Assembly: GCA_964016885.1 (NCBI GenBank)
Contig: OZ024744.1
Coordinates: 70,060,001 to 70,124,000, forward strand
Length of the DNA: 64,000 bases
Direction of reading: 5' to 3'
Source: Eledone cirrhosa
Lineage: Eukaryota
The notes below the pieces were generated by a model. It did not search any database, had not been told where the DNA came from, and saw only the letters and a list, made by a program, of their open reading frames with translations. A program made the translations under genes and the position numbers. This document shows positions 14,501 to 31,845 of this stretch, piece after piece (the first letter of the stretch is position 1; each line of letters opens with the position of its first letter).

Positions 14501-16240
14501 TGAGATAAGCAATTTCAGGCCCATAACTCTGCTCAACACAGAGTTAAAGATTTTGGCCAAAGTGCTAGTAGCGAGGCTGGCGCTTGTCGTCGAGAACCTG
14601 GTAGAGGAAGTGTAAACGTGTGCAATCCCGACCAGGTCCATACACGACAACCTCCACCTCATGCGATACATCATAGAGAGGGTAGGGTCTAAACCTGGCT
14701 TTGGTGGGGCTCTTATCAATTTAGATCAGTCTAAGGCATTTGATAGGGTCGACCATCAATACTTGGAAGCGGTTCTCAAGGCGGCCGGCTTCGGATCCCG
14801 TCTTGAAAGGCTGGATCGCTGCCATGCACACCAGCATCTGCTCGGCAGTCAAGATGAATGGCTACCTATCGGAGCCATTCCAAATCATGCGTTCCATCTG
14901 TCAGGGATGCCCTCTCTCCTCCATTCTGTATGTACTGACTCTCGAGCCGTTACTGCGGAAGCTGGAGCTGTTGCAGGGCATCCCGATCGAACCAGGACTG
15001 AGGAAAGCAGCGTCGGGATATGTCGACGACATAACCGTAATGGTGTCGAAAACCTCGGAAATCGGGGTAATCGGCAACCTATTACAGGAATACGAAACGT
15101 TGACAGGAGCAAGACTAAACCCAAACAAGTCTGTCAGTTTGCAACTCGGCACATGGAGAGGCAAACCCATGCCTTCCGACAGTGTCGTTGGAAGCTGGAC
15201 GGAAGGACCGGTGAAATTGCTCGGGGTCTGGTTTGGACCAGCCCTCCAGATGGACAAGAACTGGAAAGAGGTCACGGCGAAGGTGTTTGCACTCACCCAG
15301 TAGTGGGTTGAATGTAAACTTTCCTTGAAAGGTCGAGCGGAGGTGGCGAACACTTACATAGCGTCCGTCATCTACTATTGCTTGACAGTCGTGCCTTGCC
15401 CTCGTGAATACCTCACCAAAATGGAACGCCTACCCTTCAAGTTCCTCTGGAAGAAACAGGTTCCATTGGTGAGGAGATCCATCTGCTGTCAAGACCCTTC
15501 TAACGGAGGGCTGGGCAAGCCGTGGTAGATGATGCGCAAACACGCGCTGAGGCTACGCCATCTCCAGGTATTCCTGACCGGTGAACCGGTGTGGCTGTCG
15601 TTTGAGATACAAGCTCTTCCACAATTCGTCTCACTAACAGAGCTACAGTCCTGGGTCAAGCAAAGACCGAAAATGGGTGCCTGGCACCTCGAGTACCTAC
15701 AGGCGTTCACAGGCCTCTACCAAGCGGAAACGGCGATCAGCGGAGACCCCACTTCGACATTCTATAGGGAATTAGTGGAGGATAAGTGCGACGACGTTCT
15801 CGGGGAAACTCTAGGCATCGAGGAGGACGAACTGACCAGTCTGTTCGGGAGGACTTTCCGTTCAGGGCCTATGGATAACTTCCAGAGGTCTCTGGCCTGG
15901 CAGTGTTCGAACAAATTCTACAGGCACGGACACCCTGGCAGAGATCCTGCCAAAAGGACCTGTCCAAGATGTGAGCAGGACATCGAAACCATTCTGCACG
16001 CAATTGTTCAGTGCCCAGGGGTAACCGACCTGTGGAATTATGTCGAATAGCTACTGTCACGTGTGGGACGCATCCAGTTGTCAGCCAAGTCCATCGTGAG
16101 GATCACCCCGCCGCCTTCATTTAAGAATGAAGGAGAGGCGGTTTTCCTCTGTCTAGTGGCTGTGGCGAAAGAGGTAATATGGTGGACGAGGTTAAAAGGA
16201 CTTCTTTAAGTATCACTTCAGAAGGAAGGTGAGAGTGGAT
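11520..16240 (+). mobile_element. L1/Tx1-clade LINE, near full length but decayed (ORF1 zinc knuckle; ORF2 APE-RT-CCHC)
   Basis: ORF1 remnant RPQCFK*GKDTHLKAFC; APE motifs AVYAP, LAGDWN, SYLDRF; RT motifs FRPITLLNTELKILAK, LDQSKAFDRV, QGCPLS, YVDD; CPRC..H..C. Many stops and frameshifts. Confidence 0.9.
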
Positions 16241-16564
16241 TATTTTTATTTATATATTTGTTTTTGCCCGTTAAACTTTTGCCTTTCTTGAGGAGATTTT
16301 TCAAATATTTCACTATGTTTTAAATTACCTTGTCTGTCGAACGAATGAGGACGTTTCTTGTATTCGTCTTATTTGGGATACCTCTGGTAATGAGGTAATT
16401 ATATTGTATTGTTTATTATACATTAAATTTAGCTCTGGTACTTACATAGAGCACTCTTCACTCCTATGACTTTTTCAATTTTCAACGGAAACTTCAATAC
16501 CTATATATATATATATAATACCTATATATATATATATATAATACCTATATATATATATATACAA

Positions 16565-18160
16565 TGATATTAAATAAATGGAAACTATATTTATAAAACC
16601 ATATTTATTTTATTATATATACTTCAAGGACAACCAAGACAACATTGGTACGCTTTCATCAGATAAAATACAAAGTTTGTTTTATAAATAGAGACGTACC
16701 CATTATCGGTTGGAAATTCACTGGGTAGTGGAAATATATTAGAGATTATTCAAACTTATGTGTGAATATGCAAACGAATATGTAAATAATTGAAAAACAA
16801 CCGTTTATTTAAATGACACTGGAGAAAGATAGAGAAGAAAGAGAGAGAGAAAAAATATTAATATTACGAGAGAAATAGAGAGAAGAAATTAACAAGAGGA
16901 TGAATAGAACTCATGTAACGTTAATATGGGGGAAACTTTTAAGTATTTATCTACTAATGGTACGTATATTTACGAATATTTAGTTAAAATTCTTTTTAAT
17001 ATAATATTTACTGTTATAAGTAGATAGAAAAATAAATAGATATATATAGAAAAATAAATATATATAGATAAATAAATATATATAAAATTAGATAGAAAAT
17101 ATATGGAAAAATAAATAGATAGAAAAATAGATAGAAAAATAAATCGAAAAATAAATCAATAAATAGATAAATAGATAAATAAATGGATAGATGGGTATAT
17201 CGTGTTATAGATAATTGTTTTAATGAGTTATGAGGGATATTGGTTTATATTTAAAGTAAGTACTTAAGTTAACTGAGTTAATAAGAATATTTATATTTAA
17301 TTGGGAAGATACGGAAAAACTCCAGTTTTGTTTATTTATTCGTTAGTATGAGATTATTTTTTCAAAATAAGTTTAAATGTTAAAGATATAAATGTTGAAA
17401 GATATATTTAGCCTGAATTAGTTAGTGGTTATAAATCTAATAAAAGATATTAAATTTTTTTATTAAAAATATTACAAATTCGGGAAAATTAAAAAAAATA
17501 TAATTTATAAGAGATAAGTAAATTTTAAAAAAAATAATAAGTAATTTTCAAAAATAAGTAATTTTAAAATATATGAGAAATTTAAGAAATAAAAAATAAA
17601 GAATTAAAAATAAAAAAAATATTAAAATTAAATTAAAATAAGAATTTAAAAGTTAGGTTCATATATGTATATATTTTAAGAAATTTTAAGAAGTGAAATT
17701 ATAGCAAATATTATAGATATGATTTAGAGATAACAATATATTAAAACAGAGTGGATAAGATTGTTATGGAAATAAGTAGAAATATTATAAGCGTAATTTT
17801 AATTTATATATAGTTCTAAACGTTGAGTTTAGGCGATGTTTACAAGAACTAAATAAATTCGTCCCTACATTAATAGAGTTCTTACATTTAAGTATGAAGA
17901 AAATTTCCTCAACACACAATTTGCAAAATCTAGATAAAGCTGTGTAGTCCATATTTTTGGATTTTAAGTTGTATATAAAGTTTGATAGAGAAGTTGAAGA
18001 TTTGTTATGAAAGAGCATTTGTGATAATTCCAACGGCTCCAGTAACTTGTTGAGTGCTCTAAATTTGTGATTATTCCAACGGCTCCAGTAACAGTTGAGT
18101 GCTCTAAATCAGTTATAAACATTTATGTTTGTCGGCGGACTTCCAACAAATTAAATACAA

Positions 18161-18165
<5 letters not shown>
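16565..18165 (-). mobile_element. 5'-truncated PLE: GIY-YIG C-terminus (17785-18033), 3' UTR and pLTR with HHR at 16606-16670 (GAAG variant)
   Basis: CKLCVEEIFFILK..LFSSCKHR matches the C-terminus of the 52652-54655 ORF. Confidence 0.8.
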
Positions 18166-18216
<51 letters not shown>

Positions 18217-18275
18217 TTGGACTTATACCATTAAGTTCACATGAAGATATGTCACTATCTTAACACCAATTATTA

Positions 18276-18336
18276 TATTTTATCTGACGAAAGCGTACTT
18301 AAATATTAGTACCCTTGAAATACGTTTAATAAAATA
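18276..18336 (+). ncRNA. Type I minimal HHR in a solo pLTR
   Basis: TATTTTAT-CTGACGA-AAG..CTT-GAAA-TACGTT-TA-ATAAAATA. Confidence 0.75.
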
Positions 18337-18380
18337 AATATGGTTTTATAAAGATATTTTCCATTTATTAATATTATTAA

Positions 18381-18475
18381 GGTTAACTTTGCCTTTCATC
18401 CTTACGGGGTCGATAAAATAAAATACCAGTAATGCACTGGGATAATTGCTGGCCTTGTGCCAAAAATAGAAACAA
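18381..18475 (+). mobile_element. SINE 3' fragment (other copies ~40960-41125 plus, ~50438-50534 minus)
   Basis: Shared TTTGCCTTTCATCCTTACG(G/T)GGTCGATAAAATAA..CCAGTAAT..AGAAACAATT; the copy at 41008 is preceded by B-box-like GTTCAAATCC. Confidence 0.7.
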
Positions 18476-18561
18476 TTAAAATTATTAATATTAATGATAC
18501 TCCGGAAAAACTGTTGAATGCTTCTAATCTGTTATAAAATTAACTTATATATATATCTTAG

Positions 18562-20146
18562 ATGTTGGCCCTGCAAGGTGACGGGTGTGTGAAGAGAGAC
18601 GCTAGTGGCAGTACCCCACGTGGACGGTGGGACCAGCGATAGAGAGACGCAAGGTAAGTCCGAATGCCTCCGACTACAAGCTATTTCGGCGTTTAATGAA
18701 TTTTCCTATCTTTCGGCATTCTTACTCCCGGCACGGCAGCCCTTTAGTTTACCTTTTTTTTTCTTTTTTTTTACTTTTGTTCTTTTTCGTGGGGTATCGT
18801 TGTTGACTTCTCCGATCTTGCAAGGGAGATGGCGGCGAAGCTGATATTGAATAACGAGGCGATCAAGGCTTTTAACGGCGAAGGAGATGTGGCCTGGTTG
18901 AGAAAGGCCACATTGGTCGCCTCACTGCAAGGCATTGACAATGTTGCTGATTTGATCGCTCTATATCTCGACGGGGATGCCTAGCACTGTACCTCGAGAT
19001 AGACGAGAGCGACCAACTGAACGCGGAGAAGAAAGGACAGCGACTTAAGGAAGCATTCACCGAGGGGCCGTACGTTGCTTTTGCCAAGCTAGGCAGAGAG
19101 AGATGGCAGGGAGAGCACGTGGACGTGTTTGCGACGGAGTTATGGTGGTTGGCTACGTTGGCCGGATTCGCGGTAGAACGCGAATGTGCCGTGCAGTTGG
19201 CTTTTATGAGCGGGTTCCCCGACGAAATCTCCGTGAAACTCCAACAGCTGCCTGGCAACAGGGAGATGAGCATGAGCGATCTCATCGCACAGGCCCGCGT
19301 AATAACACAGGACACGAGGTGGAGTGTTGCAGCGCTGGCAGCGACGGAAGCCCATGGCAGTCGACAGCGACCGATGTATAACGAAAGGAGACCAGCCGCT
19401 GTGAATAGTCGTCCGCGTGCGTTCGGAGGCCGGTGTTTGAGGTGCCAGGGCCCGCACATGGCAAGGGACTGCAGAGAGCCGAAGCCGGCTATAGTCTGCT
19501 ATCGCTGCAAGCAACCAGGCCACATCGCAAATAAGTGTGACCAGGGACATAGTCTAAGGGGGGCTACTGCGCCGGTAGCCACCCCTGGAAGCGAGTAGAG
19601 GCGCTTTTGCAGTCGCTGCCCGTAGTGGAAGTTCGGGGAGGAGGGGGGGGGGGGCATTGCGAGCACTCGTGGACACGTGTGCACGACAACACTAGTGACC
19701 ATGGAGGTGGTTAAAAAGTGGAGCGGGATGAGCAGTATAAGGGCAGTCAACAGCAGGGAGATTAGATGCAGAGGTACCAGCAAGGTGTCGATGGTGGTAC
19801 GGGGAAGAAAAATTAGTCTTCGGGCGATCGTGATTGACCAGGTGGCGGACGACGATCCACGAAGAAAATACCATACAGGGCAAGGATTTCAGGGCGGTGT
19901 TCGATGGCCAGCGGTTGGTAGTTGAGTGGTACGGGAAGGGAGAGCCACCAACGCTGAATAGAGTGGGCTGCTATCAACAGAAGCGAGTTTGAGGGAGAGG
20001 TTCAGAGATGGATCGAGGAGGGTATACTGATTCCTTGGAAAAAGGAGGCGAAGTGTGGAGTGTTGCTGCTAATGGGAGTGGTGCAGCCCACAAAGAACAA
20101 GGTTAGGCCGGTGCTGGACTTTCGTGAGCCGAACGAACACGTGTCA
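18562..20146 (+). mobile_element. Ty3/Gypsy LTR retrotransposon fragment (gag with two CCHC knuckles, protease, RT start)
   Basis: CLRCQGPHMARDC, CYRCKQPGHIANKC, ALVDT, KNKVRPVLDFRE. Confidence 0.8.
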
Positions 20147-20480
20147 CCGAACTAAAACCCTTTTTTCCCACTACAAGCCGAATATTACATAAAAGAGGGA
20201 CATCCCCCCAACTATATAAACCTCAATCTAGTTAGAAAAATATAAAAACAATCTCTTCTCAACATATATATGTATATTAATAACCTCAAATTACCACACT
20301 AATAATGGAAAGATATGCTGATGAGAATAGGTGCGAAAATGCGATAATGAATGTGTCTAAAAGCGACCATAAGTATGTATATATATGTGAAAATGTATAT
20401 AAATAAGTAAATATATATATATATGTTTGATGTGTATAGTTAGATGTAAGTGTATTCATGTATTAAAGTGCTTATATATA
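20143..20480 (+). mobile_element. 5'-truncated copy of the 3' end of the 26495-29607 PLE
   Basis: Near-identical to 29091-29430. Confidence 0.9.
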
Positions 20481-20496
20481 TATATATATATATATG

Positions 20497-25908
<5,412 letters not shown>

Positions 25909-25910
25909 TT

Positions 25911-25978
<68 letters not shown>

Positions 25979-26494
25979 GTATATATATACACATAGACTA
26001 GAGTATGTGTGTATATATGTGTGTGTCTATACGTGTGTATATAAAGATAAGTTGAGTATAAAAATGAATACACATGAATACATGTGTGTATATATATATG
26101 TATGCATGTGTATATGTATGTAAGTATGAACATGTTACTATGTGAATGTGAGTATATGTATTTTGTAGAGGTGTGCAAATATGTTTGTGTGTGAATGCGT
26201 GGGTGAAAGGATACGTACACTTGAAAGAAAAATTTAAGTCTGAATGTTAATTAAGTGCAAACACAAAACCAACCACGCATATCTTTACTATCTCTAATCC
26301 TTCTATAGATTTAGAAAAATAACCAATAATATTTTCTATAAAAATGTCAAAACAACAGATGGGAATCTAATTACTCACTGCCACCAAAAATTCTCACTGC
26401 TATAAAAAAAAACCACTCCCTCAACTATTCTTCTAACAACTTCACCCCTCCCTCCTAATATTCTCTATAAAAACCAAACAGGTCCTCAGTAATA

Positions 26495-26615
26495 TTATTC
26501 TGATGAAATGACAGTAAATAATAACATTGAAATATTGAATGTCTGCATAACTAATACTTTGTAGATAGCAGCTGTTTTCAGGTTATGTAACTGTTATAGA
26601 AACACGTGTCAATAA
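26495..26615 (+). ncRNA. Type I HHR with ~90-nt stem II in the 5' pLTR
   Basis: TTATT-CTGATGA-A-ATGACAGT...ACTGTTAT-A-GAAA-CACGTG-TC-AATAA. Confidence 0.75.
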
Positions 26616-26819
26616 ATTCCTTTCAACTAAACTGTATCCATTCAAATCTTTCTATTTTTCTCCGGATTACTTTTGGAACTACAACTGGAACCGTCGAGCA
26701 AACTCTACGTGAGCTGTCAATCTACTGTGTGTAATATTTATATTACAACACAACGGAAAATACTGTATATATACCTCCTGTAAATTCGTGCAACCCACAC
26801 AGCAAATGCAACCACAACA

Positions 26820-29140
26820 ATGGAAAAACACTACCTGGATATGTCACTCAAAAACATACCAACCCAAGGTAAAAAGGAATACTTATTGAGTATGATTAAA
26901 AAAACTAATGAATTCATTCGACGTGTCAGGTGGAAAACGCTCCACTATGATAGAAGCCGTATGAACTCACCATTAGAAAGTGGTGTAAACAACAAATTCG
27001 GTTTTAGAACGTGTAAAAACCCACCCACCAACCCACTATTAGATGCATTTGAGCAGGACCTTATGAACTTAATCCTTAAAATTAAATTCAAAGGACGTAA
27101 CACCAACAACAAATTACAGAAAGATATTAAAAAACTACTGGACGACCTTAAAAACACCAAAGGAATTGTAGTAAAAGCGGACAAAACATCAAACCTGTAT
27201 ACTATGGATTGCACTACATACAACAACTTCATTCGAAAAGAATTACATAAAAAAATATAGAAAAACGAATGAAGTAACTCTTAAGCTCATCAATGATGAG
27301 GCATGCGAAATAGTGAAAAATCTCGGAATCGAAGATAGGACAGGACCACTCTTACCGGCGGTACCCACCTTCAATCTTAAGGACCATAAGGTAAACTTTG
27401 ATAATGACCCTAAAATTAGATTAATCTGCCCCTCTAAATCAGATATAGGTAAAATAAGCAAATATATCTTAGATAGAATCATCCCCCAAATTAAGGCTAA
27501 GGTTAACATTAAACTCTGGGGGAAGACCCAAGAAGCAATAAGATGGTTTAATAGCATTAGCAATAAGAATAAATCTAAGTTTATCCAGTTTGATATCGAT
27601 GAATATTACTCATCGATATCACCTGAAACTTTGAATAGAGCCATTAAGTTTGCTAAGGATAACTCTGACCTTACAAACGATGAAATTAAGATTATATTAG
27701 CTAGGAAAACTATAGTCAAATTTGAGAACAGTTATTGGGTACGTAAAGATAGACCCTCTAACTTTGACATAACAATGGGCTCTAACGATTCGGCGGAAAT
27801 AACTGATACTGTGGGGTTATTTATCGCCTTTAGACTCCAGGAAAAATTCAGCAATCTCCACGGCGGAATATACCGCGACGATGTTCTCCTCCTAGTTAAA
27901 AACCTAAATAACCCAAAACTAGAAAAACTACGCAAAGATATAAGAAAACTACTACTCGAAATAGGACTAATTATAACATATGAATACAACCTTAAAGTAG
28001 TTAACTTCCTGGATGTCACACTCAATTTAAACTCTGGTCTGATTAAACCGTTTCATAAATTGAATGAAAATCTCAAATACGTAAATGTTGGGTCTAACCA
28101 CCCCATCTCTATAATTAAATCTATCCCTAAAAATATTTCCCTTAGAATCTCGGGTCTATCTTCTAACATACAAGTATTTAAGGAACACGCCGAGTACTAC
28201 GATAACGCCCTTAGTAAAGCAGGCTACCTCAACAAAATAGAGTATATAGATGGGAACAATCAAAACACCCAAAATAAATCCCACATAGGTAGATATAATA
28301 ACACAACACCAAACCACACTTACTACCATAGTATGCACACCAGTAAACCAACAAACAAAACTAATAGAAAGCGATGCAAAGAGTACTTATGGTATAACCC
28401 CGAATACAATAGTTCCATTAGTACAAATTTACCAGTACTCTTCTTTAAAATAATTAAGAGACATTTTCCTACATCACACAAATACCACAAAATCCTAAAC
28501 CCTACCACTATAAGACTGTCATACTCTACAACGTTAAACCTTGAACAACACATAAAAAAGATCAATACTAGAAGGTTAAACGAAAACACTAAAAACTTAA
28601 GTACAAAGAACACAAGAAAAAACAGTAGACAATACACTACAGAACATAAATAAACCACACCTAAGTTCGTCCGCAATACTACTCCAGAGAAAACCCAACG
28701 TACACAACTGTAACTGCACCTATCCTGGCAACTGCCCCCTCGGCAATAACTGCCTGGAAAAAAATATTATTTATAAGTGTACCATTAAATCCGGAGGCAA
28801 CGAGTGGTATTACGTGGGATCAACGGCAACATCGTTTAAATCTCGATTATATAGGCATTCTTACTCAATAAAATACCAGAGCCAAAGAAATGTAACAACT
28901 TTAGCAGAAAAAGCTTGGATGCTCAGGGATAGCGATCAAAAGTTTACCCTAAAATGGGAGAAATTAGCTAAAACCCAAAGCTTTTCCAGGAGCCAAAATT
29001 TCTGCAAATTGTGTAATCTTGAGATTTATTACATAATCACACACAAGAAGAAATTGCTGAATAACAGAATTGAACGAACATTATTCTGCCGTCACCGAAC
29101 TAAAACCCTTTGTTCCCACTACAAGCCGAATATTACATAA
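26820..29140 (+). pseudogene. Near full-length PLE ORF (RT + C-terminal GIY-YIG) broken by frameshifts/stops
   Basis: SLKNIP, VKADKT, QFDIDEYYSSI, MGSNDSA, GIYRDD, IIY..YVG, CKLC; pLTR segment 26533-26655 is repeated at 29485-29607. Confidence 0.9.
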
Positions 29141-29448
29141 AAGAGGGACATCCCCCCAACTATATAAACCTCAATCTAGTTAGAAAAATATAAAAACAAT
29201 CTCTTCTCAACATATATATGTATATTAATAACGTCAAATTACCACACTAATAATGGAAAGATATGCTGATGAGAATAGGTGCGAAAATGCGATAATGAAT
29301 GTGTCTAAAAGCGACCATAAGTATGTATATATATATGTGAAAATGTATATAAATAAGTAAATATATATATATGTTTGATGTGTATAGTTAGATGTAAGTG
29401 TATTCATGTATTAAAGTGCTTATATATATATATACATGTATTAAAGTG

Positions 29449-29489
<41 letters not shown>

Positions 29490-29735
29490 AATGTCTGCAT
29501 AACTAATACTTTGTAGATAGCAGCTGTTTTCAGGTTATGTAACTGTTATAGAAACACGTGTCAATAAATTCCTTTCAACTAAACTGTATCCATTCAAATC
29601 TTTCTATATATATAAGCGCTCATATATTCACCTAGCTTATGCTAACAGAATAACTATGAAGCTTGTTTCCTTCTTTCTACGGTTAGCTCTACTCTTTGTT
29701 GTTTTCCTGTCTCACTCGCTTTACGCGTTTTAATT

Positions 29736-29836
29736 GTCCTAATAACTTAATTTAGTTATTATTGCACTGACGTGAGGTATATGATTTTTAATGCAATGAA
29801 ATATCTATGATCGTCGGCAAATCACTGATGAGGGAC
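29736..29836 (+). ncRNA. Candidate rearranged (pseudoknotted) hammerhead with K-turn, copy A1
   Basis: GGTA-TA|TGATTT ... T-GAAA-TATC ... AAATCA-CTGATGA-G-GGAC; see findings. Confidence 0.65.
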
Positions 29837-30248
29837 TTATTTTATTACATGTTATCCATGTGCTACCAGCAGTATTTTTCTCCCCATTTTATCACATATA
29901 TTTACCTAAACTGCGATTCTGTTTTTTTCTCTCTCTCTCTCTTACTGCTCCCTCATTCTCTCTGTTTCTCCTACTTTCTTTCGCCCCCTCTGTCATGTCA
30001 GTTAACTCTTCCTCACACTTCCACTCACTCACTCACTGTTTCTCCTCTCCTCACTTCACCCCGTTCGCAACGAAAGCAATTTCTCTCTTTCTCACATTGC
30101 ATTCGTTCGCGAAAGGTCTTTTTTCTAAGCGCTCATATATTCACCTAGCTTATGCTAACAGAATAACTATGAAGCTTGTTTCCTTCCTTCTACGGTTAGC
30201 TCTACTCTTTGTTGTTTTCCTGTCTCACGCGCTTTACGCGTTTTAATT

Positions 30249-30349
30249 GTCCTAATAACTTAATTTAGTTATTATTGGACCGACGTGAGGCATATGATTT
30301 TTAATGCAATGAAATATCTATGATCGTCGGCAAATCACTGATGAGGGAC
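30249..30349 (+). ncRNA. Candidate rearranged hammerhead, copy A2 (two helix mismatches)
   Basis: Same motif, with ATTGGA and GGCA substitutions. Confidence 0.6.
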
Positions 30350-30444
30350 TTATTTTATTACATGTTATCCATGTGCTACCAGCAGTATTTTTCTCCCCAT
30401 TTTATCACATATATATATATATATATAATAGTAATAAACGAAAG

Positions 30445-30975
30445 ATCATCATCATCATCATCATCATCACCGTTTTATGTCCGTTCTTCCACGCTAGCAT
30501 GGGTTAAATGGGTTGTCCTGTTGTGGGCAGTGTCGAGTCGGCTGACCTTGTCTTGCTCATACGGGAACTGATTCTGGCTTGATTTCTACAGCCGGATGCC
30601 CTTCCTAACACCAACCTCATTTACAGTGAGTGCTGGGTGCTTTTTTGCCGTGGGAGGGGGTGGGGGCATATTGTCTATATGCTTCAGCTTCGGCTTGTAC
30701 CCGAGGGAAATCGGGTCTTCTGTATTACTGCGTGACGCCAGAGGTCACGATCGTGTGTCATCGCCTTTGAGGGGTGAAATTGGATAAGGTCGGCTTTTAT
30801 CACCTCATCCCAGGTCTTCTTGGGTCTCCCCACTCAGCGGCTTCCATCGACTTCTAGTGCTCTGCACCTTTTTATGCAGCTGTCATCCTTCATACGCATC
30901 ACATGTCCATACCAGCGCAACCTCCTCTCCTGCACACAGCATCTGATTCCTCTTATGCTCAGTCTCTCTCTCAAT
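30445..30975 (-). mobile_element. RTE-like LINE 3' end with (TGA)n tail
   Basis: Minus strand CCVQERRLRWYGHVMRM..GRPKKTWDEVIK. Confidence 0.75.
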
Positions 30976-31141
30976 TCATATCATCTCTATTTATTTCATT
31001 ATATATATTTCGAAGATATAAAGTTTTATGTATAACATAAAGCATAATATGAACCCCAGAAAAAATATATAGCAAATGTATAATTTTTTCATGATATGCT
31101 GATAGACAAACGAGCTGGACAAATCGGTGACCACCAAGTAT

Positions 31142-31288
<147 letters not shown>

Positions 31289-31845
31289 CACATATATATA
31301 TATATAAACGGAAATATATATATATATATATTAATTAGACAATTCTATTGATTGATTAATTGTTTATGTTTGTTTGATAACTTTTAGTTGAGTGCTTAAT
31401 TCGGTTTGTGTAAAGGAATTTTATTCCTTTGTTCCAAATTTGAATTTGACCGCCAAAACCGGGATTACCTCCCTTCGGGAAAACCATGTGCCTTCTACCA
31501 GTGTTCACTGCTATTATTCACACTCGGGCGGACGAGAACGAAAAACTTGTTGACGAAGTAAATTCCTCTGTTCTATCTTCCAAAAACCATTAAGTTGCAG
31601 ACCCCTGCAAGTAGATTTTGGCGATTTCAGATTTACAGAAACCTAGCGGAGATATTATATATTATATGTGATGTATATTATATATTATATATCATGTGTT
31701 GTGTATGGTATCGACGCAACGCTCCAGGTTTGTCATATTTTATCCTGAGTTCAGTTTTTTCCGTCGCTTTGGTCACTGCGGCCCGCCTATCGGTCGCTGT
31801 CTTCAATTTGCAAAGCTGTCTAAACGTAATGTTATAACTCTAGGG

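Larger units (their letters stand above)
29614..30412 (+). mobile_element. Non-coding partial-tandem element, 513-bp monomer (family A)
   Basis: 29614-29900 is repeated at 30127-30412; flanked by (TA)n. Confidence 0.85.

Noticed and set aside
26500-26545. Short HHR reading CTGATGA-AATG..CATT-GAAA-TATTGAATG-TC
   Set aside because: No stem I forms; the longer reading ending at 26615 gives stem I and a palindromic loop III.
26820-29140. Programmed frameshift or selenocysteine recoding of the PLE ORF (as in Naiads)
   Set aside because: Breaks are homopolymer indels and TAG/TAA stops rather than in-frame TGA; the homologous ORF at 52652-54655 is continuous and the endonuclease is C-terminal.
29736-29836. 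Alternative readings of the novel motif as hairpin, twister, pistol, HDV-like ribozyme or ordinary type II HHR
   Set aside because: GTCC, GTATATGA and GAAATA superficially recall the hairpin ribozyme, but its helices do not form. A type II HHR needs GAAA right after GTCC, which is absent. The helix order does not fit twister, pistol or HDV.
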